Below, one piece after another: positions 50,501-59,582 of a DNA stretch of 64,000 nucleotides (its first letter is position 1; each line of letters opens with the position of its first letter). Under the pieces are notes generated by a model. That model was given only the letters and a program-made list of their open reading frames with translations. It was not told the origin of the DNA and searched no databases. The stretch is taken from contig CAZQEY010000001.1 of NCBI GenBank assembly GCA_964592485.1, positions 95,935 through 159,934 of the forward strand, written 5' to 3'. The DNA is from an uncultured Planctomycetales bacterium (GTDB lineage: Bacteria; Omnitrophota; Gorgyraeia; Gygaellales; JAHJCI01). Made by a program: the position numbers and the translations under genes.

Positions 50501-51697
50501 TTATTTAACTGTTTTCAGAACACTGTCTATTATCCGTGCGCACTCCTTATCTTGCAAACCTGGAAACAAAGGTATAGTAAGCGCAGAATCATAGAAAGCT
50601 TCTGCCTCTGGGAAATCGCCCCTCTTGTAACCAAATCTTTCTCTATAGTAGGGCTGGAGATGGAGTGGAATGTAATGCACATGCACCCCAATTCCCATTG
50701 TTCGCAACTCTTCAAAAACCTGACGCCTTGTCTTAACCATCCTATCTAAACGAAGACGAAGCATATAGAGATGCCAAGCACTCTGCCGGTTTGTTTCTTG
50801 ATAGGGGATTATTAAATATGGAGATTTAACAAAAGCCTCATTGTAACGCTGGGCAATTTCACGACGCCGGGAAATAAACCGGGCTAATTTTTTAAATTGG
50901 CTTAACCCTAATGCGCATTGAATATCTGTAATACGGTAGTTGTAACCCAATGCCTGCATTTCATAATACCATGGTGCTTTAGAATTAGGATTGCGTCCAT
51001 CCGAATATGAATTCTGGTTATCAGCCGCCTGGTCCTTATATATCATGTTATTGTTATCATTAGTAATCCCGTGGGTACGAAAAAGACGTAATTTTTTTTC
51101 CAATGATTCATCATCTGTAATAATCATTCCTCCCTCACCAGTTGTAATATGTTTTACGGGATGGAAGGACAAAATTGTCATATGCGCCAGAGTGCCTACA
51201 GGTTTACCTTTATAAGATGCACCTAAAGAATGAGCCGCATCATGGATTATCGTTATATTATTCTTTTTTGCTATCTTATTAATCTCATCCATATCGCAAG
51301 GCTGCCCGGTAAAATCTACAGGAATAATTGCTTTAGTTCTTGAGGTTATCGCTGCATCTATTTTATTAGCATCTATACAATAAGTATTACTTTTTATATC
51401 AGCGAATTTAACAGTTGCCCCAACAAAAAGAGCGCAATTCCCACTAGCAGCAAAGGTAATGGGAGAAGTAATAATTTCATCTTGAGGTCCTATGTCGGCA
51501 GCAAAACAGGCACAATGCAGTGCTGCTGTCCCAGTTGCAACCGCAATAGCATATTTAGCACCAGTATAAGCACAAACCGCATCCTCAAACTCCTTTATCT
51601 TAGGTCCTTGAGTAATCCAATCGCTCCTAAGCACTCCAATAACTTCATCAATATCATCTGAATCTATGTATTGTCGAGCGTAAGGAATGTATCTCAT
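50501..51697 (-). CDS. pseC: PseC sugar aminotransferase
   Basis: IPYARQ, WITQGP, SFHPVKHITTGEGG, GYNYRITDIQCALG, VHYIP. Confidence 0.93.
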   Translation of the reverse strand: MRYIPYARQYIDSDDIDEVIGVLRSDWITQGPKIKEFEDAVCAYTGAKYAIAVATGTAALHCACFAADIGPQDEIITSPITFAASGNCALFVGATVKFADIKSNTYCIDANKIDAAITSRTKAIIPVDFTGQPCDMDEINKIAKKNNITIIHDAAHSLGASYKGKPVGTLAHMTILSFHPVKHITTGEGGMIITDDESLEKKLRLFRTHGITNDNNNMIYKDQAADNQNSYSDGRNPNSKAPWYYEMQALGYNYRITDIQCALGLSQFKKLARFISRRREIAQRYNEAFVKSPYLIIPYQETNRQSAWHLYMLRLRLDRMVKTRRQVFEELRTMGIGVHVHYIPLHLQPYYRERFGYKRGDFPEAEAFYDSALTIPLFPGLQDKECARIIDSVLKTVK

Positions 51698-51718
51698 TTA
51701 TATGTAACTGGTAGATTA

Positions 51719-53152
51719 TTACTTACTATCAATTCCTTTTAATGCCTCAAGATTACTATGTCGTGAGTCATCGGTATTCGCGATATCGCCTTTTTCAAAA
51801 ACAGACTTAAGCTCTCTTAATCCCTCCAATACTTTAATCTGAGCACGATAGCCTAAAATCTGCTCAATCTTATTAAAATTAACTCTATAATTACGTGTGT
51901 CTGGCGAACTTGTGATATGTCTTATTTTGACTTCGGGAAATACTTGTGTAGTCAAATCTGCAAGCGTATTAATTGTATGATTTTGCTCTCCATTACCTAC
52001 ATTAAATACTTGCCGCGATACCTTATCAATAGGTGCTTCTAAGGTCTTAATAATTGCTCTTGCCACATCAATCACATGCACATTCGGCCGCCATTGATTA
52101 CCTCCAAAGACCTCTATGCATTTCTTGAAAAATGCATTCTTAGCAAAGGTATTAACTACTAAATCAAAGCGAGGCCTATAGGAATAACCAAATACAGTTG
52201 CCAGGCGTAAAATTGTCGGTGCAAATAAAGGGCTGGATATTCCCAATAATGCTTGCTCTGTCATTATTTTCATACGCCCATAGTACGAAACAGGATTAAG
52301 TTCACAATCCTCTGATAAATATGCCTCTGGGTCCCTACTCCCTCCATACACACTGCAAGAAGATGTATATATAAAACGATTTATATTCAAATAGGCGCAA
52401 AGATGCGCCATATTAGCAACCGATAGATAATTTGTCTTTAATGCCCTTCCCGGCCTATAGGCACAGGCAGCGTCACCAACGATCTCGGCAAGATAAACTA
52501 CAGCATCTATACCTTCTATTGTTTCAACTAAATCATTAATGTTTGTTACATCGCCATGTACAATTGAACAATACTCACTCTCGATTCCCTCTAAAGATGT
52601 CTGCTTATAGAGAAAATTATCTAATATACGTACTTTCCAGCCTTCGGCCAATAATACCCTGGTAAAAATAGAACCAATATAACCAGCACCGCCAACAACT
52701 AACACATGCGGATGGCCTGACCTTCTACCATTTTTCTTTGTAGCATCACTACCTTTGATCTGCAACATCTCAGGAACAACTAAACCAATAAGTTTATGAT
52801 TCTCGCTGATTACGGGAATTGTAGCCTGTTGCCCTAACCCATTGCCATATCGTTGATATATTTGGTCAATAACATGAACTCGCTTCAATTCATCGTCTAA
52901 ATCCTTGAGTTGGATTATAATAGGTTTAGTATTCATAACATCTACCAGAGGTGTATTCACGGATTTACCATTGAGTATTGCATTCCGAAGATCCCCTTCT
53001 GAGACAATACCGCAAAACCGGTTCCCCTCTTCGATAATCGTAACTACCATCCCAAATCTTCCATTGATAGCCTTGAAGGCATCCGAGATAGTATTGTTAC
53101 GGCTAAGATTCAAACTTGGAATAAACTCTATTTTATTATTGAAATTCATCAC
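51719..53152 (-). CDS. CBS-pair / NAD-dependent epimerase-dehydratase fusion
   Basis: N-terminal CBS (GIVSEGDLR); GGAGYIGS, IVGDAAC, SSCSVYG, YGRMK, RPRFDLVVN. Confidence 0.85.
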   Translation of the reverse strand: MMNFNNKIEFIPSLNLSRNNTISDAFKAINGRFGMVVTIIEEGNRFCGIVSEGDLRNAILNGKSVNTPLVDVMNTKPIIIQLKDLDDELKRVHVIDQIYQRYGNGLGQQATIPVISENHKLIGLVVPEMLQIKGSDATKKNGRRSGHPHVLVVGGAGYIGSIFTRVLLAEGWKVRILDNFLYKQTSLEGIESEYCSIVHGDVTNINDLVETIEGIDAVVYLAEIVGDAACAYRPGRALKTNYLSVANMAHLCAYLNINRFIYTSSCSVYGGSRDPEAYLSEDCELNPVSYYGRMKIMTEQALLGISSPLFAPTILRLATVFGYSYRPRFDLVVNTFAKNAFFKKCIEVFGGNQWRPNVHVIDVARAIIKTLEAPIDKVSRQVFNVGNGEQNHTINTLADLTTQVFPEVKIRHITSSPDTRNYRVNFNKIEQILGYRAQIKVLEGLRELKSVFEKGDIANTDDSRHSNLEALKGIDSK

Positions 53153-53189
53153 GCTTAGCTTAATTTATCTGGCTAGATAGCCCATACTC

Positions 53190-53633
53190 CTAACGTGGTG
53201 TAATTTCCCACGGATTCCAATAGTATGCATCATAACGATAATCATCATCTTTGCTTTGCTCTAAAGTCGCAGTGGAAAAGAACATTACCTGCGTATCTGG
53301 CTTGAGTGTCATAAATCCATTAGCATATCCTGGAGGTATTACTAAGATCCCCGGCTTTTTATCACTCAAAATATAGCGAAGGACATCTACATTCTTGCTA
53401 GGACAATCCCAATTATCTATTTTAACCGCTACCACCAGCGCTGTTCCGGAAACGACGAGAACAAACTTAGCTTCTTTTTTGTGAGCATGCCAGGCTCGTA
53501 TAAATCTGGATTCGTGATTCGAAACTAAATAGAATCTGCGCACATCCTTCATATCAAAACCATTGCAGAATAATAACTGCCCTCTATCATCTACAGCAAT
53601 CATCCCTTCAATATACCTAACTTTATCATCCAT
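53190..53633 (-). CDS. RmlC-like cupin sugar epimerase/isomerase
   Basis: DDRG, RAWHAHKKE, IPPGYANGF, DDYR. Confidence 0.85.
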   Translation of the reverse strand: MDDKVRYIEGMIAVDDRGQLLFCNGFDMKDVRRFYLVSNHESRFIRAWHAHKKEAKFVLVVSGTALVVAVKIDNWDCPSKNVDVLRYILSDKKPGILVIPPGYANGFMTLKPDTQVMFFSTATLEQSKDDDYRYDAYYWNPWEITPR

Positions 53634-53695
53634 TAAATCCTCCCACTATTATTCGGTGGTACTATTGAATTACCGCATAAGTTGTAGGCGATCTT

Positions 53696-54766
53696 TTATG
53701 TCGAATATACTTCTTTAATTTTTGACTGTTGTTGAAATATCTCCCTTAGCGTCTTATCAATAGTATAAGTTAATTTCCATTGCGGATAATGGTTCGTAAA
53801 TTTAGAATTATCAGTTATCCACCAAATATGGTCTCCTTTCCGATTCTTATCTACATACTCATAATTTATTTTCTTGCCGTAAATCTCCCGACACAAATCA
53901 ATTGCTTCTAATATTGATACATTAGAAAATCTCCCCCCGCCTATATTGTAAATCTCTCCGCAGCGAGGAGCTTGATAAAAATGGTAAAAGGCATTTACCA
54001 AATCATAGGAATGAATATTATCTCTTACTTGCTTGCCTTTATATCCATAGATTGTATATTTCTTGCCCATTATAGCGGACCTTACAAGATAAGATAAGAA
54101 TCCATGGAGCTCTGTCCCTGAATGGGCAGGACCTGTAAGGCACCCGCATCGAAATACACCTGTTTTTAAACCAACGTATTTGCCATATTCCTGAACAAGT
54201 ATATCTGCAGCGGCCTTAGAAGCACCAAATAAACTATGTAGGCAATCATCTATACTCATTGATTCATCTATCCCCAGATAGTATTTGTGACTAGAAGGGA
54301 GTTCAAATCTCTTCTGGAGTTCTATTAAAGGAAGTTTGTTTGGTCTATCACCATAGACCTTGTTTGTAGAAGTAAATATAAAGACTGCATTAGGAGAATA
54401 TGTCCGAAAGCTTTCAAGAAGGACCAATGTCCCATCCGCATTCACAGTAAAATCAGTAAAGGGATCTTTTGCTGCCCAATCATGAGAAGGTTGAGCTGCA
54501 GTATGTATTATTAAATCAAACTTATATTCTTTAAATAACCTCTCTATATTTTCTCTATCCCGTATATCAATATCATGGTGAATATATCCCGAAATTGTCT
54601 CTACAAGTAATTTCTTAACCCATTCAACAGAAGCATCTTCGCCGAAGAAAACCTTTCTCATATTGTTATCTATCCCGACTACTTTAAATCCCTTCTGAGA
54701 AAAAAAGCGTACACACTCAGAGCCAATTAATCCTGCTGAACCTGTAACTAAGGCTAATTTTTCCAT
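53696..54766 (-). CDS. CDP-paratose 2-epimerase-like SDR (second paralogue)
   Basis: [43 protein letters not shown]. Confidence 0.8.
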   Translation of the reverse strand: MEKLALVTGSAGLIGSECVRFFSQKGFKVVGIDNNMRKVFFGEDASVEWVKKLLVETISGYIHHDIDIRDRENIERLFKEYKFDLIIHTAAQPSHDWAAKDPFTDFTVNADGTLVLLESFRTYSPNAVFIFTSTNKVYGDRPNKLPLIELQKRFELPSSHKYYLGIDESMSIDDCLHSLFGASKAAADILVQEYGKYVGLKTGVFRCGCLTGPAHSGTELHGFLSYLVRSAIMGKKYTIYGYKGKQVRDNIHSYDLVNAFYHFYQAPRCGEIYNIGGGRFSNVSILEAIDLCREIYGKKINYEYVDKNRKGDHIWWITDNSKFTNHYPQWKLTYTIDKTLREIFQQQSKIKEVYST

Positions 54767-54790
54767 ATAGCGCGCTCTTTAATTTATAGT

Positions 54791-55774
54791 TTATTTATCA
54801 CAACAATATACTGCGTTAGCAACCATTTTCTCAATCCACCTATAGGTTTTCTCTAAACCTTCTTCCAAACTAATCTGGGGTTCCCACTCCAACACTTGGC
54901 GTAATTTTGTATTGTCACTATTTCTTCCTCTTACACCCTGAGGAGCACTGAGGTTATATTTTCTGACTATTTTTTTCTTGGATATTTTTATAATTATGTC
55001 GGCTAATTCGTTAATGGTTACCAATCTGTCTGAGCCTATGTTAAGAGGTTCGTTACAATTTGATTCCATCAGCATAATAACACCCTTTATGCAATCGTCT
55101 ATATAGCAATAGGATCGGGTTTGCCTCCCATCTCCCCAAATTTCTATCTCACCAGGATCATTGGCTTCTGCAACCTTACGGCACAAAGCTGCGGGTGATT
55201 TTTCTCTTCCACCTTTATATGTTCCTTCAGGACCATAGATATTATGATAACGAGCTATCCGTATATCTAAACCGTAATCTTTTTTAAAAGCTTCTAACAT
55301 CTTTTCTGTATAAAGCTTTTCCCAACCATAAAAATTATCCGGGTCTGCAGGATAGGCATCTTCTTCTTTTAAGGGTTTTACCTCTGAGGTTTTTTGTTTA
55401 TAGGTAGGATAGACACAAGCAGATGAAGAGAAAAGAAGACATCTAACGTTGTTTTCTACACAGGCCTTCATTATATAAGTATTTATTAAAACATTGTCAT
55501 ACATTATATCCGCACCAACTTCTGTAATAAAACCAATTCCTCCCATATTTGCTGCTAAGTTAAATACATAGTCCACGCCTTCCGTTGCCTTTAAACAATT
55601 TTGAAATCTTCTTAAATCAAGAGTTAATTTTTCAGAGTAATAAGGTTCTTTTATATAACCATCCCATTTAATATCCGCTACTCTCACAAAGTTATCTTTC
55701 TTAAAAAGCTCTCTTGCTAAATGTGAACCAATAAATCCTCCCGCTCCAGTTACCAAGATTTTTTTGTTTTGCAT
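54791..55774 (-). CDS. GDP-mannose 3,5-epimerase
   Basis: LAANMGGIGFI, SSACVYP, YGWEK, GREKSPAALCRK, GVRGRNSDN. Confidence 0.88.
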   Translation of the reverse strand: MQNKKILVTGAGGFIGSHLARELFKKDNFVRVADIKWDGYIKEPYYSEKLTLDLRRFQNCLKATEGVDYVFNLAANMGGIGFITEVGADIMYDNVLINTYIMKACVENNVRCLLFSSSACVYPTYKQKTSEVKPLKEEDAYPADPDNFYGWEKLYTEKMLEAFKKDYGLDIRIARYHNIYGPEGTYKGGREKSPAALCRKVAEANDPGEIEIWGDGRQTRSYCYIDDCIKGVIMLMESNCNEPLNIGSDRLVTINELADIIIKISKKKIVRKYNLSAPQGVRGRNSDNTKLRQVLEWEPQISLEEGLEKTYRWIEKMVANAVYCCDK

Positions 55775-55810
55775 CCCGTCTCCTTTAAGTATAGTCTGTC
55801 TGATATCTCC

Positions 55811-56158
55811 TCAGAGATTTTTTTGATTATTGCTCTTATTATTTAAATAAGCCTCCCATTCCCTTCTTAGATTTTCGTACTCCTGTTGTTTTCTCTCTAA
55901 AAAATGCAAGGTAAGTTCTGCCTTCTGTTTTATGCCTCTTGAGGTCAAATTATAGGAAATTCTGCTTAATTTATGGTTTTTATGAGAAAAGTTCTTTATC
56001 TTGACAAATCCCTTTTTGATAAGTTCTTTGATGAGATAGTTGGTTTTTCCTAAAGATATGCCTAAATGAGCGGATAAATCTCTTTGGGTAGGACTATCGT
56101 TTAAGGATAAAATACGTAGAATATTAAGAATATCCTCTTTAAGGGTATGTTCATCCAT
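55811..56158 (-). CDS. MarR-family EPS-associated transcriptional regulator
   Basis: TQRDLS..LGISLGKTNY.I..L..KG, YNLT.RG, FLERK..EY. Confidence 0.9.
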   Translation of the reverse strand: MDEHTLKEDILNILRILSLNDSPTQRDLSAHLGISLGKTNYLIKELIKKGFVKIKNFSHKNHKLSRISYNLTSRGIKQKAELTLHFLERKQQEYENLRREWEAYLNNKSNNQKNL

Positions 56159-56164
56159 TGAACA
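56148..56164. promoter_or_regulatory. Palindromic operator TGTTCA-N5-TGAACA overlapping the regulator start codon
   Basis: Perfect 6-bp arms at 56148-56153 and 56159-56164 spanning the predicted TSS and ATG. Confidence 0.65.
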
Positions 56165-56166
56165 AT

Positions 56167-56195
56167 ATTATAGGAAGAACATACCTAACTGTCAA
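56167..56195 (-). promoter_or_regulatory. Consensus sigma70 promoter TTGACA-N17-TATAAT
   Basis: -35 at 56195-56190, -10 at 56172-56167, 17-bp spacer, 8 nt upstream of the ATG. Confidence 0.9.
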
Positions 56196-56211
56196 GAAAT
56201 AATTTAAACCT

Positions 56212-57633
56212 TTAGGCTCGCTGGAAATCATCCTTGAGTCTTATTATATCGTCTTCCTCTAAATACTTGCCGCTCTGCACCTCAACAATCTTCAGAGGAT
56301 AACCAGTGGGGTTTTCTAAGCGGTGGATATGTCCGAGGGGGATAAAGGTACTTTCATTGACATTAACATAAGAAATATTCCTGCCTTTGGTAATCTTGGC
56401 TCTACCTTCAATTACCACCCAGTGTTCGCTACGGCGGGAGTGTTTTTGTAAACTCAAAGCCTTTTTAGGTAAGACCTCAACCAGTTTTATTTTAAAACCT
56501 GAACCCTTATCTAAGACTGTATAACTGCCCCAAGGCCTTTTTACTGTCTTATGTGAATATATCTCCGTGCGTTTGTGCTTCTTAAGCTCCTCTACCACTC
56601 TCTTTATCTCTTCGCTTTTCTCCTTATGAGTGATTAATAAAGCATCTGGGGTGTCAACAATAATTAGATTTTCTAAGCCAAGACAGGCAATCAAACGATC
56701 CTTACCAAAAATAGTAATATTCTTACTTCCTGATTGAATCACATCTGCCTTTATAGTATTATCGAGCTTATCTTTAGGCAGGAGCTTATCCAAAGAAGCC
56801 CAAGTTCCTAAATCTGACCAATCCAAATTTAAGGCAGGAATCATTAAAAGATTCTTTGATTTCTCTAACACCCCGTAATCAAAGGAAATGGATTTAATGT
56901 CGCCCCAGATATTATTTATTTCTTCTGGTCTGGATATTCGCCTAACTAATCTATAAAGAGCCGGCAGATTTTCTTCAATTGCATTCAGGAAAGTGCTGAC
57001 ACACCCAAAAAACATCCCACTATTCCAGAAATAGCGTTTATCCTGAAAGAACCTCTTTGCACTATTGATATTTGGCTTCTCAATAAACTTATCTACCTTA
57101 TAAATTCCCTGCCTCCTGACTACTGCCCCCTGACTACTGACTTTAATATATCCATATCCTGTTGCTGGAGAATCAGGGGGAATGCCAAAGATAATCAAAT
57201 TATTTTTAGATTCGGATAAGGCATGGGCATAACACAAAATCTTATTAAATCTCTTCTGATTCTTAATCATGTGGTCAGAAGGTAAAACTACCATTTTTGC
57301 CTCAGGGTCAATAAGACTAATCAAGTGGCTGGCAACTCCGATAGAAGCAGCGGTATTTTTACCTTCGGGCTCAAAGATAATGTTTGACTGCGGAATTTTA
57401 AAAACTGAGGTATAGTTAAATATTTCGGGAAAGTATAACTGGTTAGTCACGATAAAGATATTCTCAGGACGAATTATGGTCTTAATCCGATAAAGAGTAT
57501 CTTGAAATAGGCTCTTAGCAGAATGGAGGGAAATAAACTGTTTGGGTTCAAGGCTGCGACTTAAGGGCCAGAAGCGACTTCCTTGACCGCCGGCTAATAT
57601 TACTGCATAGTTATGGTTTATTTTTTTTATCAA
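56212..57633 (-). CDS. manC: Mannose-1-phosphate guanylyltransferase / mannose-6-phosphate isomerase
   Basis: LAGGQGSRFWPLSR, PSDH, GYGYI, FIEKP, WSDLG, RPWG, SLQKH..RSEHW. Confidence 0.95.
   Translation of the reverse strand: MIKKINHNYAVILAGGQGSRFWPLSRSLEPKQFISLHSAKSLFQDTLYRIKTIIRPENIFIVTNQLYFPEIFNYTSVFKIPQSNIIFEPEGKNTAASIGVASHLISLIDPEAKMVVLPSDHMIKNQKRFNKILCYAHALSESKNNLIIFGIPPDSPATGYGYIKVSSQGAVVRRQGIYKVDKFIEKPNINSAKRFFQDKRYFWNSGMFFGCVSTFLNAIEENLPALYRLVRRISRPEEINNIWGDIKSISFDYGVLEKSKNLLMIPALNLDWSDLGTWASLDKLLPKDKLDNTIKADVIQSGSKNITIFGKDRLIACLGLENLIIVDTPDALLITHKEKSEEIKRVVEELKKHKRTEIYSHKTVKRPWGSYTVLDKGSGFKIKLVEVLPKKALSLQKHSRRSEHWVVIEGRAKITKGRNISYVNVNESTFIPLGHIHRLENPTGYPLKIVEVQSGKYLEEDDIIRLKDDFQRA
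57107..57141. repeat. Period-7 tandem array inside manC
   Basis: ccctgcc tcctgac tactgcc ccctgac tactgac (5 units). Confidence 0.7.
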
Positions 57634-57641
57634 AATTTTCT

Positions 57642-57738
57642 AACCACAGATAAACGCAGATTAACACTGTTTAAAATACAAATTCTTTGCAGTTTAATTA
57701 ATTCTTTATTCTGTGTTTCCCTGTGTTCACCTGTGGTT
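57642..57738. repeat. Intergenic inverted repeat built from 10-bp subrepeats (MITE/REP-like)
   Basis: aaccacaga taaacgcaga ttaacactg ... ctgtgtttcc ctgtgttcac ctgtggtt; perfect 8-bp terminal arms. Confidence 0.75.
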
Positions 57739-57744
57739 TATACT

Positions 57745-58650
57745 TTACTTTGCTTCAAGAAAATGTTTAAGCGCCTCCTGCCAGGGTCTCAACTTTAAGT
57801 TAAACGCACTCATCAACTTGGAATTATCGAGCAAAGACATCCGCGGCCTCCGGGCCGGGCGATTACTTTCTTTAGAGCTGACTGGCAAGACTTGCGTTTT
57901 TAGCTGCTTAAGTGAGAGTATCTGTCTTGCAAATTCATACCAGGAGCAACTGCCGCTATTACTGATATGATAGATCCCATAGATATCCGGTGAGCGGGAG
58001 CTGAGAGTTGAGAATAAAGCCTTGATTGCTCTAGCTAAATCAATAGTATAAGTTGGTGAACCAACCTGGTCATTGACCACTTGAAGCGCTTCATTTTCTT
58101 TGACTTTCTGTAAAACAGCAGTAACAAAATTCTTCCCTTTGGGACCGAATAGCCAACTGGTGCGTAGGATATAATATCTCTCTAAGCGGTTCTGGACAAT
58201 CCTTTCGCCCTCTAATTTTGACTGGCCATAAATATTAATCGGATTACAGGTATCAGTCTCTATATAGGGCTTATCCTTCTTCCCATCAAAGACATAATCG
58301 GTGCTGATATAAATCAGGGTAGCCCCGAACTCCTCTGCTACCTGAACAACATTTCCGGTGCCCTGCGCATTGACAGCAAAGGCTTTCTCTGAATTCAGCT
58401 CACAACCATCAACATCAGTATAGGCGGCAGTGTGGATAATAAAATCTGGCTTAATCCCGTTAAGTGCGGTAACTAAACTATCTTTATCCGTTATGTCGCA
58501 TTGAATAAAAAATCTGGTATCCAGTACCGAGTATCCAGTATCAAGTAGGTCTAAACCGAAAACTTCATAGTCTTCAGCAAGTGTCTCACAGAGACTCGAG
58601 CCAAGCATCCCCTTTGAACCGGTGATTATGACTTTAGTTTTCTCCACCAC
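57745..58650 (-). CDS. rmlD: dTDP-4-dehydrorhamnose reductase
   Basis: TGSKGMLG, AAYTDVDG, ISTDYVFDG, YGQSK, DQVGSPT, RPARRP. Confidence 0.95.
   Translation of the reverse strand: MVEKTKVIITGSKGMLGSSLCETLAEDYEVFGLDLLDTGYSVLDTRFFIQCDITDKDSLVTALNGIKPDFIIHTAAYTDVDGCELNSEKAFAVNAQGTGNVVQVAEEFGATLIYISTDYVFDGKKDKPYIETDTCNPINIYGQSKLEGERIVQNRLERYYILRTSWLFGPKGKNFVTAVLQKVKENEALQVVNDQVGSPTYTIDLARAIKALFSTLSSRSPDIYGIYHISNSGSCSWYEFARQILSLKQLKTQVLPVSSKESNRPARRPRMSLLDNSKLMSAFNLKLRPWQEALKHFLEAK
58514..58548. repeat. Period-7 tandem array inside rmlD
   Basis: ctggtat ccagtac cgagtat ccagtat caagtag (5 units). Confidence 0.7.
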
Positions 58651-59582
58651 TGCTGATTATCTTGATACCACCTGATTGTTTCTTTTAGTGCCTGTTCAAA
58701 TTGATATTGCGGTTGCCAGCCAAGAGTCCTTATCCTGCTGCAGTCCAAACTGTAGCGGCGGTCATGGCCAAGACGATTCTTTACATATTCAATCAGGCTG
58801 CCCGGTTTATCCATTATTTTTAATATAAGTTCAGTGAGCTCTAAATTGGTTTTTTCATTTCCAGCGGCTACGTTATATATTTGACCAATTTCACCTTTAT
58901 GAAGAACCAAATCTACTGCCCTGCAATTATCCAGCACATACAGCCAGTCACGCACATTAAGTCCGTCTCCATACAAGGGAAGGCTCTTATTCTTCTGGGC
59001 ATTGGTGATAAATAGAGGGATAACCTTTTCCGGATATTGAAAAGGACCGAAATTATTACTGCTTCTTGTAATTGCTACCGGCAGATTATAAGTGACAAAA
59101 TAAGAACGTACTAAATGGTCGGCTGCAGCCTTGCTGGCTGCGTAAGGGCTGTTTGGCCTTAAGGGGCTTTCTTCGGTAAAAGAACCCCTTTCAATTGAGC
59201 CGTATACCTCATCCGAGCTAATCTGGATATATTTACTGAGACTGTATTTTTTAGCCGCTTCCAGAAGAACATGGACCCCATAGACATTAGTACGGACGAA
59301 ATCGGAAGCATCCGTGATTGACCTGTCTACATGGGTCTGGGCCGCAAAGTTTATTATCGCATCGCAATTCCTGGCTATATCATTTACAATGCCGGAATCG
59401 CAAATATCTCCCTTGACGAATTTGTACCCGGGGCTGTTCTCTATGTCCTTCAAATTGTTGAGGTTCCCGCAGTAAGTAAGCTTGTCGAGATTAATTATTC
59501 TATATTCAGGATATTTATTTAAAATATGGCGGATAAAATTAGAACCGATAAAACCCGCCCCTCCCGTAACTAGAATCCTCAT
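58626..59582 (-). CDS. rmlB: dTDP-glucose 4,6-dehydratase
   Basis: TGGAGFIGSN, DKLTY, AAQTHVDRS, SSDEVYG, YAASK, GHDRRY. Confidence 0.95.
   Translation of the reverse strand: MRILVTGGAGFIGSNFIRHILNKYPEYRIINLDKLTYCGNLNNLKDIENSPGYKFVKGDICDSGIVNDIARNCDAIINFAAQTHVDRSITDASDFVRTNVYGVHVLLEAAKKYSLSKYIQISSDEVYGSIERGSFTEESPLRPNSPYAASKAAADHLVRSYFVTYNLPVAITRSSNNFGPFQYPEKVIPLFITNAQKNKSLPLYGDGLNVRDWLYVLDNCRAVDLVLHKGEIGQIYNVAAGNEKTNLELTELILKIMDKPGSLIEYVKNRLGHDRRYSLDCSRIRTLGWQPQYQFEQALKETIRWYQDNQQWWRKLKS

Noticed and set aside
57642-57738. CRISPR mini-array
   Set aside because: Units are contiguous 10-mers in inverted arrangement without unique spacers; no cas genes
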